This document shows positions 10,494 through 20,181 of a stretch of DNA of 64,000 nucleotides, in pieces; position 1 is the first letter of the stretch; every line of letters begins with the position of its first letter. Under the pieces are notes generated by a model, which saw only the letters and a program-made list of their open reading frames with translations, was not told where the DNA came from and searched no databases. The position numbers and the translations under genes were made by a program. Origin of the DNA: Gammaproteobacteria bacterium (GTDB lineage: Bacteria > Pseudomonadota > Gammaproteobacteria > UBA6429 > Thiohalophilaceae); assembly GCA_026197095.1 (NCBI GenBank), contig JAPHTF010000061.1, positions 5,418 through 69,417 of the forward strand, given 5' to 3'.

Positions 10494-11894
10494 TTAAAAT
10501 AATATTTGTTCTCCGTGATGAGGGATATTCGCGGACCATCCTTGCTCGGAAAGTTTATCTTTCAATACGGCTTTTGCATTATCTTCACCATGGACTAAAT
10601 ATAACCGTGGATGTGGTTTGTTAAAATGATTTATCCAGCTGAGTAATTGTGATTGACTTGCATGAGCTGAAAAACCACCTAATGTATGGATTGATGCTTT
10701 AACCGCAATATTTTCACCCACTACACGAAATTTTTTTTCTCCATCTACCAGGGCACGACCTGGCGTTCCCATTGCTTGATAGCCAACGATAACGACATGT
10801 GCATTTCGCTTCCACAAGTTATGTTTTAGATGGTGCCGTATCCGGCCACCATTACACATGCCACTGCCAGCAATAATAATTGCACCGGACTCAATTCTGT
10901 TTAAGGCCATCGATTCATCAGTTGTACGTGAATAGCGTAAACTCGGCAAGAAAGTATGCATACTGCCTGATTTGCTTTGTAGCAATGACGCCCTGTCTTC
11001 ACTATTAAAAACATTTTGAAAACGGTGATAAACTTCTGTTGCCGCAATTGCCATAGGACTATCAAGATAAACAGCCTGATGTTTTAACAGACCTTTTTGA
11101 TAAAGCTTCCCCAGGTAAAAGATAATTTCCTGAGTTCGTCCAACGGCAAACGAGGGAATTAAAATATTGCCGCCATTTTTTGAAGCTTCAATTATTATTT
11201 CTTCAAACTCATTGAGGGTTTCATCCATTGGTCGGTGGTCACGGTCACCATAAGTCGATTCCATCAGCAATACATCGGCTTCTTGTATTGATTCAGGATC
11301 ACGTAACAATGCAGCACAACTATTTCCAAGATCACCTGAAAAAACCAGTTTCTTTTCTTCACCTTTCTCAGTTATGAATAGTTCAACAATAGCTGATCCC
11401 AGTATGTGGCCTGCATCGCGAAAACGCACTTCAATATCATTTGTAACTTGTTGACGTTGTCCATAAGGAATTCCTTCATATAATGTCAACGCGACTTCAA
11501 CATCCTCCATCGTATATAGAGGATCAATTTCTTTTTTGCCTGAGCGGCGACGTCGTTTATTTTCCCATTCTGCGTCTCGCTCCTGAAGTGAAGCGGCATC
11601 TTTGTGTAATATCTCAAGCAGTTCACTACTGGCAAAGGTCATATAGACAGGTGAATTATAACCTTCTGCAACAAGTTTGGGGATGCGCCCAGAATGGTCA
11701 AGATGAGCATGCGATAAAACGACAGCATCGATTCTATTTATATCAAAAGGGAAAGGTTCTTTATTTCGCGCTTCATCTTCACGTCTGCCTTGAACAAGAC
11801 CACACTCTAATAATATATTTGATTTTTCGGTTTCAAGAAGATAACAAGATCCTGTTACTCCTTCGGTAGCGCCATAGAATGTTAACTTTGCCAT
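10494..11894 (-). CDS. MBL-fold beta-CASP hydrolase (RNA-metabolising metallo-beta-lactamase family)
   Basis: HAHLDHSG motif. The size of about 466 aa and the C-terminal region are typical of beta-CASP enzymes. Confidence 0.8.
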   Translation of the reverse strand: MAKLTFYGATEGVTGSCYLLETEKSNILLECGLVQGRREDEARNKEPFPFDINRIDAVVLSHAHLDHSGRIPKLVAEGYNSPVYMTFASSELLEILHKDAASLQERDAEWENKRRRRSGKKEIDPLYTMEDVEVALTLYEGIPYGQRQQVTNDIEVRFRDAGHILGSAIVELFITEKGEEKKLVFSGDLGNSCAALLRDPESIQEADVLLMESTYGDRDHRPMDETLNEFEEIIIEASKNGGNILIPSFAVGRTQEIIFYLGKLYQKGLLKHQAVYLDSPMAIAATEVYHRFQNVFNSEDRASLLQSKSGSMHTFLPSLRYSRTTDESMALNRIESGAIIIAGSGMCNGGRIRHHLKHNLWKRNAHVVIVGYQAMGTPGRALVDGEKKFRVVGENIAVKASIHTLGGFSAHASQSQLLSWINHFNKPHPRLYLVHGEDNAKAVLKDKLSEQGWSANIPHHGEQILF

Positions 11895-12168
11895 AACAGC
11901 TCCAGTGAATCATGAGATTATCAATATAACATAGATTTTTTCCATAAAACCGCAATCTTTTATTAGATAAGTATAGTCAAATATAAATATTCCACTCTTG
12001 AGGTTATTTTTATTATAGGTTAGTTTTATACGAGCTTATTAACATTAATAACTGCATCGCTAGTGATAGTCTTAAAGCTATTTTTCATAATCACTGAATC
12101 TTAAATACAGTGATTATTTTTTAAATATGATCACATGTTTCCATTTTGAATTAAAACAGGAATACATA

Positions 12169-13539
12169 ATGTCTACACCATCGAATGAAACGCCACTTTT
12201 ATATCCACGCCAGCTTAAGTATTTAAGTGATTATCTTTCAGGATTAACACGTGGTCGATTGTGGTTACAAGTTCTTATTGGAATGGCATTAGGTATTGCT
12301 ATAGGCGTTTTACTTGGACCCGCGGTGGGTTGGGTAAAACCCGCGACAGCTAATATTGTTGGTAACTGGCTGGCATTACCTGGTCAGTTATTTCTGACAC
12401 TTATTCAAATGATTGTCATTCCGCTGGTATTTGCTTCAGTCATTCGTGGACTTTCTGCTAGCGAGAATTTAGAGCAGTTACGAAAAATAGGCATTCGAGT
12501 CGTTATCTATTTTGTCATCACAACAGCAATAGCCATTACAATAGGCATGGCCGTTGCTTTGTTAATTAAACCTGGCGCCTATATTGATAGCACACTTATT
12601 CAGAATACGCTTGGAAGCGGAGCGGTTGTTCCGCAAGGAACTTTAATACAGCCAGGCTGGGATGAGTTGCCTAAAAAGCTTGTCACCATTCTACCTAGCA
12701 ATCCATTAACCTCGATGGTTGAAGGGCAAATGTTACAAGTTGTTCTATTTGCCATTATTATAGGTGTCGCTTTAGTTTTAATGGCACCCGATCAAGCCAA
12801 ACCATTACTTGACCTGATGGCTTCCTTGCAAGAAGTGTGTATGACCGTTGTGCGCTGGGCAATGTGGTTGGCACCTTATGCGGTATTCGGTCTTCTTGCA
12901 CAACTCACCACCAAAATTGGGCTGAATTCATTAATTGGTATGGCCATCTACGTTGCAACTGTCCTGCTTGGCTTATTCATTTTAATGCTCTGTTACCTTT
13001 TATTATTGTTCTTATTTGCAAAACAACCTCCACTGGCATTTCTAAAAGCAACGAGAGAAGTATTACTGCTCGCTTTTTCAACCTCAAGTTCAGCGGCTGT
13101 CATGCCCTTATCAATAAAAACAGTGGAAGAAAAATTACATGTCCGCCCATCAATATCACAATTTGTCATTCCGCTGGGTGCGACCATCAATATGAACGGT
13201 ACGGCACTCTACCAGGGCGTCGCAGCTATCTTTCTGGCCCAGGTTTTTGGAATAGATCTGAGTACCGGTGCCATGCTGTTAATCATAGTGACCGCGGTTG
13301 GTGCCTCGATTGGTTCACCCGCCACACCGGGAGTGGGAATCGTCATTCTTGCATTAGTGCTGGATAGCGCAGGCATACCCACTGCGGGTATCGCATTAAT
13401 TATGGGTGTTGATCGTATTTTAGATATGAGTCGTACTGCAATTAATGTGTGTGGTGATTTAACTGCCTGTATTCTCATGGATCGCTGGGTAGCAAAATCG
13501 GACAGAGTAGAATCAGCCGAGGTGGAAGCGGTTACCTGA
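12169..13539 (+). CDS. Dicarboxylate/amino acid:cation (Na+/H+) symporter, GltP-like
   Basis: Multi-TM protein with the NMNGTALYQG motif. ATG at 12169 is preferred over the upstream ATG at 12127. Confidence 0.85.
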   Translation: MSTPSNETPLLYPRQLKYLSDYLSGLTRGRLWLQVLIGMALGIAIGVLLGPAVGWVKPATANIVGNWLALPGQLFLTLIQMIVIPLVFASVIRGLSASENLEQLRKIGIRVVIYFVITTAIAITIGMAVALLIKPGAYIDSTLIQNTLGSGAVVPQGTLIQPGWDELPKKLVTILPSNPLTSMVEGQMLQVVLFAIIIGVALVLMAPDQAKPLLDLMASLQEVCMTVVRWAMWLAPYAVFGLLAQLTTKIGLNSLIGMAIYVATVLLGLFILMLCYLLLLFLFAKQPPLAFLKATREVLLLAFSTSSSAAVMPLSIKTVEEKLHVRPSISQFVIPLGATINMNGTALYQGVAAIFLAQVFGIDLSTGAMLLIIVTAVGASIGSPATPGVGIVILALVLDSAGIPTAGIALIMGVDRILDMSRTAINVCGDLTACILMDRWVAKSDRVESAEVEAVT

Positions 13540-13888
13540 CCTATATTCCTGATAACATTGAGAAAAACTCCACAGTCGACTCTTTGTTTCTAATGTAAAT
13601 TTATTTCTATAAATGAGGCTTTTAATCGAGTTTACACCGCTGAACGAAGGCAAACTTAGCTCTTATTGCTATGTAACTTGTTGATTATTATTAGTTTATT
13701 TTTTATAGCAACTGATATACCCTGCTTTATCGATTTTCCTTGATTTTTCACAAAAAAAACATAAAATGCGCGCAGTTTATCAACCTTCCGAGGATTTATG
13801 TTTACTTAGCTCAGGCGTCATATGAGTATGGCGCGAAAGCAAAAACAATTTGTTTAACCGCCGTATGGCTCAACTGTGAGGTTCTTTG

Positions 13889-14404
13889 ATGGGTAATCCT
13901 TCAACCAATCAAGTTGTTGATGTTGACACTGCTTTGGATATTGTACAAAACAACAATATCGCTCAGTGGCCGACATTTAATCAACACACAAACCCTGATT
14001 CCAATCCTGAATTGGTCACTCAGGATCATTTCGTTCGACGCAATGGAATCGTCTTTGCCGGAACACATTTAATTTTCGATTTTTGGGGTGCCTGCCAACT
14101 CGATAATCTTGAACTGATGGAATCCGCATTACGCGAAAGTGTCGAAGTTGCCGGTGCAACATTACTGCATATTCATTTACACCATTTTACCCCTAATGGC
14201 GGTATTTCTGGCGTTGCAGTTCTTGCCGAATCACATATCAGTGTACACACCTGGCCTGAACGTGGTTATGCCGCGTTTGACGTTTTCATGTGTGGTGATG
14301 CTGAACCTGAAAAAACGATTCCGGTACTTAAAAAAGCATTTCGCCCAGATCAGGTCAATATGACTGAACACCTGCGCGGTATGGTAGATGAAGAAAATGT
14401 CTAA
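13889..14404 (+). CDS. speH: S-adenosylmethionine decarboxylase proenzyme (small pyruvoyl type)
   Basis: Self-processing motif [18 protein letters not shown] lies 7 nt before ATG 13889. Confidence 0.85.
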   Translation: MGNPSTNQVVDVDTALDIVQNNNIAQWPTFNQHTNPDSNPELVTQDHFVRRNGIVFAGTHLIFDFWGACQLDNLELMESALRESVEVAGATLLHIHLHHFTPNGGISGVAVLAESHISVHTWPERGYAAFDVFMCGDAEPEKTIPVLKKAFRPDQVNMTEHLRGMVDEENV

Positions 14405-15254
14405 GTACTGGTCTGAAACGCTTTATGATGCGTATGGCCAGTCATTTTCAGTTGATAAGATTTATTTTGAATCTAAAACTGAACATCAGCATTTAATGAT
14501 TTTTCATAATGCGATGTTTGGTCGCGTCATGGTGCTGGATGGCATAGTACAAACAACTGAAAAAGATGAATTCATCTACCATGAAATGCTCACCCACGTG
14601 CCATTACTTTCTCATGGTGCAGCAAAGCGTGTGCTCATTATCGGCGGGGGCGATGGCGGTATCCTGCGTGAAGTATGCAAACACAAAAGTGTTGAGCATG
14701 TTACCCAGGTAGAAATTGATCAGGCCGTGATTGATATGGCCAAAGAGTATCTGCCTGGCCATAGCAAGGGTGCCTTTGATGATTCACGCGCCAATATCGT
14801 GATTGGTGATGGGATTAAGTTTGTCACTGAAACCGATGAAAAGTTTGATGTCATTATTTCAGACTCAACCGATCCTATCGGTCCGGGTGAAGTATTATTC
14901 ACCTCAACATTTTATGATGGCTGTAAACGCTGCTTAAATGATGGCGGCATTCTGGCAACTCAAAATGGCGTTGCATTTATGCAACCAGATGAAGTGACAA
15001 CAACGGCTAAACGTTTGGCGTCCGTGTTTGCAGATCGTTACTTCTATGCCGCAGCGGTACCCACCTATGTGGGTGGTATCATGACGTTTGCATGGGGAAC
15101 AGATAACCCGGAATATAGAAAATTAGCTTTAGAAATATTAGAGCAACGTTTTGCTGCTGCAAATATCCAAACAAAGTACTACAATCCTGAAATACATCGT
15201 GCAGCATTTGCTTTGCCGCAATATATTATTAATGCACTTAACGAAACGGAATAA
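14388..15254 (+). CDS. speE: Spermidine synthase (polyamine aminopropyltransferase)
   Basis: Motifs [20 protein letters not shown] and DEFIYHEML. The start could instead be ATG 14397. Confidence 0.9.
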   Translation: MKKMSKYWSETLYDAYGQSFSVDKIYFESKTEHQHLMIFHNAMFGRVMVLDGIVQTTEKDEFIYHEMLTHVPLLSHGAAKRVLIIGGGDGGILREVCKHKSVEHVTQVEIDQAVIDMAKEYLPGHSKGAFDDSRANIVIGDGIKFVTETDEKFDVIISDSTDPIGPGEVLFTSTFYDGCKRCLNDGGILATQNGVAFMQPDEVTTTAKRLASVFADRYFYAAAVPTYVGGIMTFAWGTDNPEYRKLALEILEQRFAAANIQTKYYNPEIHRAAFALPQYIINALNETE

Positions 15255-15256
15255 GA

Positions 15257-16480
15257 ATGAAACCATTTTTAACTGATGCTGAAATTCAACAAATGTCTGA
15301 CCAATATGGTTCACCACTGCTGGTGCTGGACTGTGCTCAGTTACAAGAGCAATACACAAGTTTGCAACAAGCCCTGCCCGGTGTTGATTTTTTCTATGCC
15401 GTAAAAGCCTTCCCAAACGATTCCGTTATTAATACCCTGAACCAACTGGGCGCAGGTTTTGATCTCGCCAGTTTGGGTGAGATTAATCAGGTTCGCAATT
15501 ATCGTGTTAACCCACGTAATACAATACATACTCACCCTATTAAAAAAGACAAAGATATTCGTGATGCCTTGCGTTTTGGCTGCACCACCTTTGTTGTTGA
15601 TAATATTGAAGAGCTAAAAAAATTCCAACATTATCGTAACCGCGTGGGTTTGTTATTACGTGTCAGCTTTCGTGGCACGACTGCAAAAGTCGATCTCTCA
15701 CGTAAGTTTGGTTGTGCTGCAAATGAAGCCGTGCATTTAATCAACCAGGCAACAGAAATGGGCATTCATGTTAAAGGTTTATCTTTCCATGTGGGCTCTC
15801 AAAGTTCATCGCCAGATGCGCATGTTAATGCTATTAAACATTGTCTTGATATTATATCGAGCTGCGACACACCTTTAAGCACGTTAGATATCGGTGGTGG
15901 TTTCCCGGTCAATTACGATGGCAACACTTTAGCGATCAATGATTTTTGTGCTCCTATTCGTGAAGCACTGAAAGCCGTACCTGCGGACATTAATATTATT
16001 GCCGAACCGGGTCGCTTCCTTGTTGCTCCTGCCGTTATGACTATTTCATCAGTAATGGGTAAAGCTAACCGCTCAGGCACAACATGGTATTACATTGATG
16101 ATGGTGTTTATGGATCATATAGTGGTCGTATATACGATCATGCTGAATACCCCATCCGCACACTGAAAACAGGCAAGAAAAAGTCATGCGTACTCGCCGG
16201 GCCAACTTGTGACAGTATTGATGTTATTGCAGAAGATATCGCTTTACCTGAACTGGAAATAGGTGATCTCATTATTGGTGAAATGATGGGCGCATACACA
16301 GCGGCAACCGCAACTGATTTTAATTCTATAGCTCGCGCCAGTATCATTGTGCTGAATGAAGTCGCAAATGAGATAAAACTTTTCCCTCCTCATATGCAAC
16401 CTGTACAAATACAGTCTGAGCAAATACAAGCTGATCAGGAACAACTGGCAAATACCATTACAAAGTTAAATATTCACTAA
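15257..16480 (+). CDS. PLP-dependent ornithine/lysine decarboxylase (alanine-racemase-fold, eukaryote-type ODC family)
   Basis: Motifs FYAVKA, GGGFPV, EPGRFLV and GPTCDSIDV. The last ~78 codons are repeated at 35620-35835. Confidence 0.85.
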   Translation: MKPFLTDAEIQQMSDQYGSPLLVLDCAQLQEQYTSLQQALPGVDFFYAVKAFPNDSVINTLNQLGAGFDLASLGEINQVRNYRVNPRNTIHTHPIKKDKDIRDALRFGCTTFVVDNIEELKKFQHYRNRVGLLLRVSFRGTTAKVDLSRKFGCAANEAVHLINQATEMGIHVKGLSFHVGSQSSSPDAHVNAIKHCLDIISSCDTPLSTLDIGGGFPVNYDGNTLAINDFCAPIREALKAVPADINIIAEPGRFLVAPAVMTISSVMGKANRSGTTWYYIDDGVYGSYSGRIYDHAEYPIRTLKTGKKKSCVLAGPTCDSIDVIAEDIALPELEIGDLIIGEMMGAYTAATATDFNSIARASIIVLNEVANEIKLFPPHMQPVQIQSEQIQADQEQLANTITKLNIH

Positions 16481-16500
16481 TTTTTATAATGTACCTGCAA
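16247..16500. repeat. Left direct repeat (attL-like): 3' end of the ODC gene
   Basis: Aligns by eye with 35620-35853: about 10 substitutions plus 15-bp and 3-bp in-frame indels. A 74-bp identical core occupies 16280-16353. Confidence 0.85.
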
Positions 16501-16635
16501 AAAACTGTGAAGATTTAGTTAATTCGAGCGTGTTTTTTGCACAGTCCAACTTGTTAGAGTATCCATCTAGTTTTTTCTTACAACTATTGTTGAATGATTT
16601 ACATAAATCGTAAAAAAAATAATACTCAATAAAAC

Positions 16636-17772
16636 TCATCTTATGTTTACAAGTGTTTTTGCAGTAGTAACCCAGTTTGCAATTTCACCGTTTGAAACTT
16701 TAATTCCATCCGATTTCAGTAGCTTGCCAATTTCAACAATATTTTTACTACTTAATTCATTTAATGTGTTGATTCCTTTGCGCAAAAATACTGCCCGGAC
16801 TTTTTTAGGAACTGCACCAAAATCTGAAACCGGTGCATCTTTAATGCTTTCTACCTTGGTATCTATACCAAAAGATTCGGCAATGGCTGCTTCCGTTCCA
16901 CCACGTGTTCTTAATATGGCCGCTTCTCGATCAGCAATATCAATGATTAACGCATCCAGATTAGTATACTTAGCTTTTTCAGGTAATATGTCTAAAGCTT
17001 CAGCAACAGATTTTCCTGTAACTAACATTTCTTTTCCATACTTATCCAGCACTTCTGATTTAGTAACGCGCCCATTTCCAAAGTGTTCTTTTACTCCCTC
17101 GGTGTCTTCAATAAATTCAGCCATTGCACCGGGTGTTTGTACTCGTTCATCTTTTAATACATCAACACCAATTGTATATGCACTGGGTAACATCATCATG
17201 CCTTGTGCTGTTTCCCAAACACTGACATAACTATCATTAATTTTACTTGCTCCCATATATTTAACGCCGGACTGAGTTAAAGCACCGTATTGTATTTGGG
17301 GCCATTTTGTACTGCCATTATCTTTATTACAGCAATTATAAATATCATTATTTATTCTGTTTAATTCCGTTTTAACTTCTTCAAATCGCTTATAGACATG
17401 TTCACGCATATCATCCATACAATCAAATGCTTTCAATAACTCAAGTTTTACTGTGTCAAAATCATCCTCGATTGAATGAAAGCGAAAGTTAAACCCATCT
17501 TCAGCTGTTGATTGTTCAGCTTGTACAACACTTTCACCATCTATCCAGTCAGAATGAGTAAATGTCCTTATAAAAGAGGATGTACATACAGGCTCATGTT
17601 CTGAAAATGTTTGTTTATAGTTAAAAACTCTCTTGGTTTTTCCAAGGTTTTCCAGAATCCACAAACCAACTGCTGTAGCGGCATCATATTCAGTGACGCC
17701 TTTAGCGACCATTTCATCATAAACAGTTTCTATTGTTAGATCCTTCATTGTTAAGTAATCGCTTTTATTCAT
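16636..17772 (-). CDS. Hypothetical protein, last gene of the CIS operon; C-terminal helix-hairpin-helix-like segment
   Basis: AAGGAG lies 7 nt upstream of ATG 17772; the ORF-track TTG at 17805 is less likely. The C-terminus VRAVFLRKGINTLNELSSKNIVEIGKLL resembles HhH / RNAP alpha-CTD-type motifs. Confidence 0.6.
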   Translation of the reverse strand: MNKSDYLTMKDLTIETVYDEMVAKGVTEYDAATAVGLWILENLGKTKRVFNYKQTFSEHEPVCTSSFIRTFTHSDWIDGESVVQAEQSTAEDGFNFRFHSIEDDFDTVKLELLKAFDCMDDMREHVYKRFEEVKTELNRINNDIYNCCNKDNGSTKWPQIQYGALTQSGVKYMGASKINDSYVSVWETAQGMMMLPSAYTIGVDVLKDERVQTPGAMAEFIEDTEGVKEHFGNGRVTKSEVLDKYGKEMLVTGKSVAEALDILPEKAKYTNLDALIIDIADREAAILRTRGGTEAAIAESFGIDTKVESIKDAPVSDFGAVPKKVRAVFLRKGINTLNELSSKNIVEIGKLLKSDGIKVSNGEIANWVTTAKTLVNIR

Positions 17773-17801
17773 ATAGCATCTCCTTGATTGCAGTTTATCT
17801 A

Positions 17802-20168
17802 TCAAGCTTTATCTGAAATTAATTCCATACTCACTTCTCCACGGTGTCTAAAACGACGGAACTGCCGATACGTTTTAGATACTGTGGGTGACATTGCATT
17901 AGCATGACCATCTTCATCTAAATCAACATGATTTTTTCTGATATCATAAGTATTAACCTCAACACCTACTGGATGAGTATGTGATAACGTATTCATTAAA
18001 AACTCATACTGACGAATATTTAAGTATGCATCATCAGGCAAGGCCAGTTTAAACTCATAAGGGTCACTCAAACCCTGTCGACGTGTATAACCGATTGAAA
18101 CAACTGCAACTAAAGATGACGCATCAGTCGCAGACGATTTATACATTGTCTCGCTGCCTACACTTCTGACAGAGCCACCCTCGCCATTAATAGGTACAAC
18201 ATACCAACGAAAACCTGCCGATCGACGTGAAGCCAGATTTGAACCAGCCATTGGTAAACCAATAACACTCATCACCAAGATAACTTCATTACTTGCGGTA
18301 ACAACAGGTAACATTGATGCAAGACCACTTTCAGAAAAAATATATTTTAGATTTTTTAGATTATCAACAGCGTTATTCGTGTTATTCAAAATCTCAGTAG
18401 CGAAGGAATTTTTTAATTTTAATGTCACGACAAGATCTTCAGGAACACGTTGCAATCGTTCAGAAAACACGGATGGATTCACTATCACTGGCAATTCTGC
18501 AGCTGTAAATACCTGATTAGCTATTGCATGAGTATGAATTTGTGCCCATTTACTGAGCGTCTGCGAACGTGTTAATTCTGTCCATGCGGGATGACCATCG
18601 TCAATCCAGGAAACTAATGCTGAATCTATCGCTTCCTGTAGCAGTACATTATTACCTGGATCACCTGGCGCATGATATTTTGCTTCAAGAGTAATTTTAT
18701 TTCCTGCAGCTACATTTGATACACCGTCAATGACCAATCCCGATGTGGGTAAATGCGATAAATATATTCGATTACTTGTAACAGGATGAACCGTGCGTAA
18801 ACCACAGGCATTAAAAAACCAGCTTCCATATTTATCTTCAGTAGTGGTAGGGATCGTAGCTGAAGCCATACTCTGTATTAAACCTTCAATGGCAGGTTCT
18901 CTCACCGGCCTACGGTTTGTATTCCTTATGATATTACGTAGCTGGTTAATTTCAGTTATTGTTAACGACTGCATCAGGACACCGAGTCCTAATTCATAAC
19001 GACTTTCTCCTGTATCATCCTGCGCCCGATGTATCTTACGTTTACTCAGTGAGCTACCTAACAAAGCTGAGCGGCACTTACTGACAAGATCAAGCGCGCT
19101 GGCTAGCATAGGAGCTATGTAGTGCTGAGTATCGAATTCAAATGATTTTCTTAAACGTGAACGTAATTGTGACTGTATTTTTTTATTTGTTGTTGACATA
19201 AAGCGATTGTTTTCAAGCGCCTGTCTTGGTGAGATAAGGTAAGTATCCCGTAAGTGTTTAAGAAAGTTTTTCCGTGATGCATCTCCACCATGCGAAACAA
19301 GATGAATGGCAAATGAAAAATCATTATCCTCTTCAATCAGTTCAAAACGATGAGAAAATCCCAGTTCAGATAACGGGCCTGAATTAGGTTCAGACTCATT
19401 CCCCGTTCCATTTAGTAATTTGCTAATATTTTTTTTAGTGCCCATATTTAAGCATTTATATATCCCAAGCCTTCTACGATAATCAACATCATTTTCAATA
19501 ATGGGCTCATCATTTACATTGAAGGTATTGGTTATTACCTGGTTATTAGCGCTGTCAAATTTAATATCATCATTAAATCTTGGTACAAATACCTCGGCAC
19601 CAATTCTATCTAACGCATCACCATAGGCTGTTGCTAAAAATCGCATAGCAGAAATTTCACGTATTTCACGACGGATTCGTTGCTGTTCCTGACCGAGTAT
19701 GTAACTGAGTATCCCCATTACACCTTCTATAATGTGAACATCTAAATATTCACCAAGTTCAGATGTTGTTATCTGTGTTTCTGTATTATTTTTATCATTA
19801 TGTTTAACTGAAATTTTAAGAACAAATGGTGCAGCTGTTTTAGTTATGTCATCAACCCCTGGACGATGTGCCGGCAAAAACGCACCATGTTCTGTATATG
19901 AAGAAAAAATAAGTTTTTGAAGTGAGATATTTTCTGTGCCCGGATTCAGTTTTATATCAACTTCGATTTTTTCATCTTTTAATTCTTTTTTTAGTCCTAT
20001 AATCACGAGTGGCTCACGCGCATTCCAGTTAACATCTATTTCCCCGTTACTGGCTATAGATAATGTATTGTTTGACGCTCCTGCTCTTATCGGGCCAACA
20101 ATATGATCTATATGATTAAGATGAGATGCTGAACCAAGCTGATTAAAATTTTGAAAATAACTGTCCAT
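17802..20168 (-). CDS. Large baseplate wedge protein (Afp12 / P2 gpI-like position)
   Basis: Follows the baseplate-J-like gene. The internal segment LATAYGDALDRIGAEVFVPR...ENDVDYRRRLGIY resembles J/I-family wedge motifs. Confidence 0.5.
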   Translation of the reverse strand: MDSYFQNFNQLGSASHLNHIDHIVGPIRAGASNNTLSIASNGEIDVNWNAREPLVIIGLKKELKDEKIEVDIKLNPGTENISLQKLIFSSYTEHGAFLPAHRPGVDDITKTAAPFVLKISVKHNDKNNTETQITTSELGEYLDVHIIEGVMGILSYILGQEQQRIRREIREISAMRFLATAYGDALDRIGAEVFVPRFNDDIKFDSANNQVITNTFNVNDEPIIENDVDYRRRLGIYKCLNMGTKKNISKLLNGTGNESEPNSGPLSELGFSHRFELIEEDNDFSFAIHLVSHGGDASRKNFLKHLRDTYLISPRQALENNRFMSTTNKKIQSQLRSRLRKSFEFDTQHYIAPMLASALDLVSKCRSALLGSSLSKRKIHRAQDDTGESRYELGLGVLMQSLTITEINQLRNIIRNTNRRPVREPAIEGLIQSMASATIPTTTEDKYGSWFFNACGLRTVHPVTSNRIYLSHLPTSGLVIDGVSNVAAGNKITLEAKYHAPGDPGNNVLLQEAIDSALVSWIDDGHPAWTELTRSQTLSKWAQIHTHAIANQVFTAAELPVIVNPSVFSERLQRVPEDLVVTLKLKNSFATEILNNTNNAVDNLKNLKYIFSESGLASMLPVVTASNEVILVMSVIGLPMAGSNLASRRSAGFRWYVVPINGEGGSVRSVGSETMYKSSATDASSLVAVVSIGYTRRQGLSDPYEFKLALPDDAYLNIRQYEFLMNTLSHTHPVGVEVNTYDIRKNHVDLDEDGHANAMSPTVSKTYRQFRRFRHRGEVSMELISDKA

Positions 20169-20181
20169 TTTTATGTGCCTG

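Noticed and set aside
12837-13367. 176-aa alternative-frame ORF within the symporter gene
   Set aside because: It is on the same strand but out of frame with a gene carrying strong DAACS motifs. Its translation is Cys/His/Arg-rich nonsense.
13540-13885. 345-bp leader upstream of the SAM decarboxylase gene, considered as a riboswitch
   Set aside because: I cannot recognise any known riboswitch core (for example SAM-I, SAM-II or SAM-V) by eye, and claiming one would be unsupported.
16496-16541. 10-bp inverted repeat TGCAAAAAAC / GTTTTTTGCA at the left island end, considered as the operon terminator or an att core
   Set aside because: The stem is A/T-only with a 26-nt loop and has no counterpart at the right end, so the evidence is too weak for either role.
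16643-17230. 195-aa plus-strand ORF inside the island
   Set aside because: It lies entirely antisense to the 378-aa CIS gene and has a low-complexity Ser/Thr/Phe-rich translation. It is a shadow ORF.
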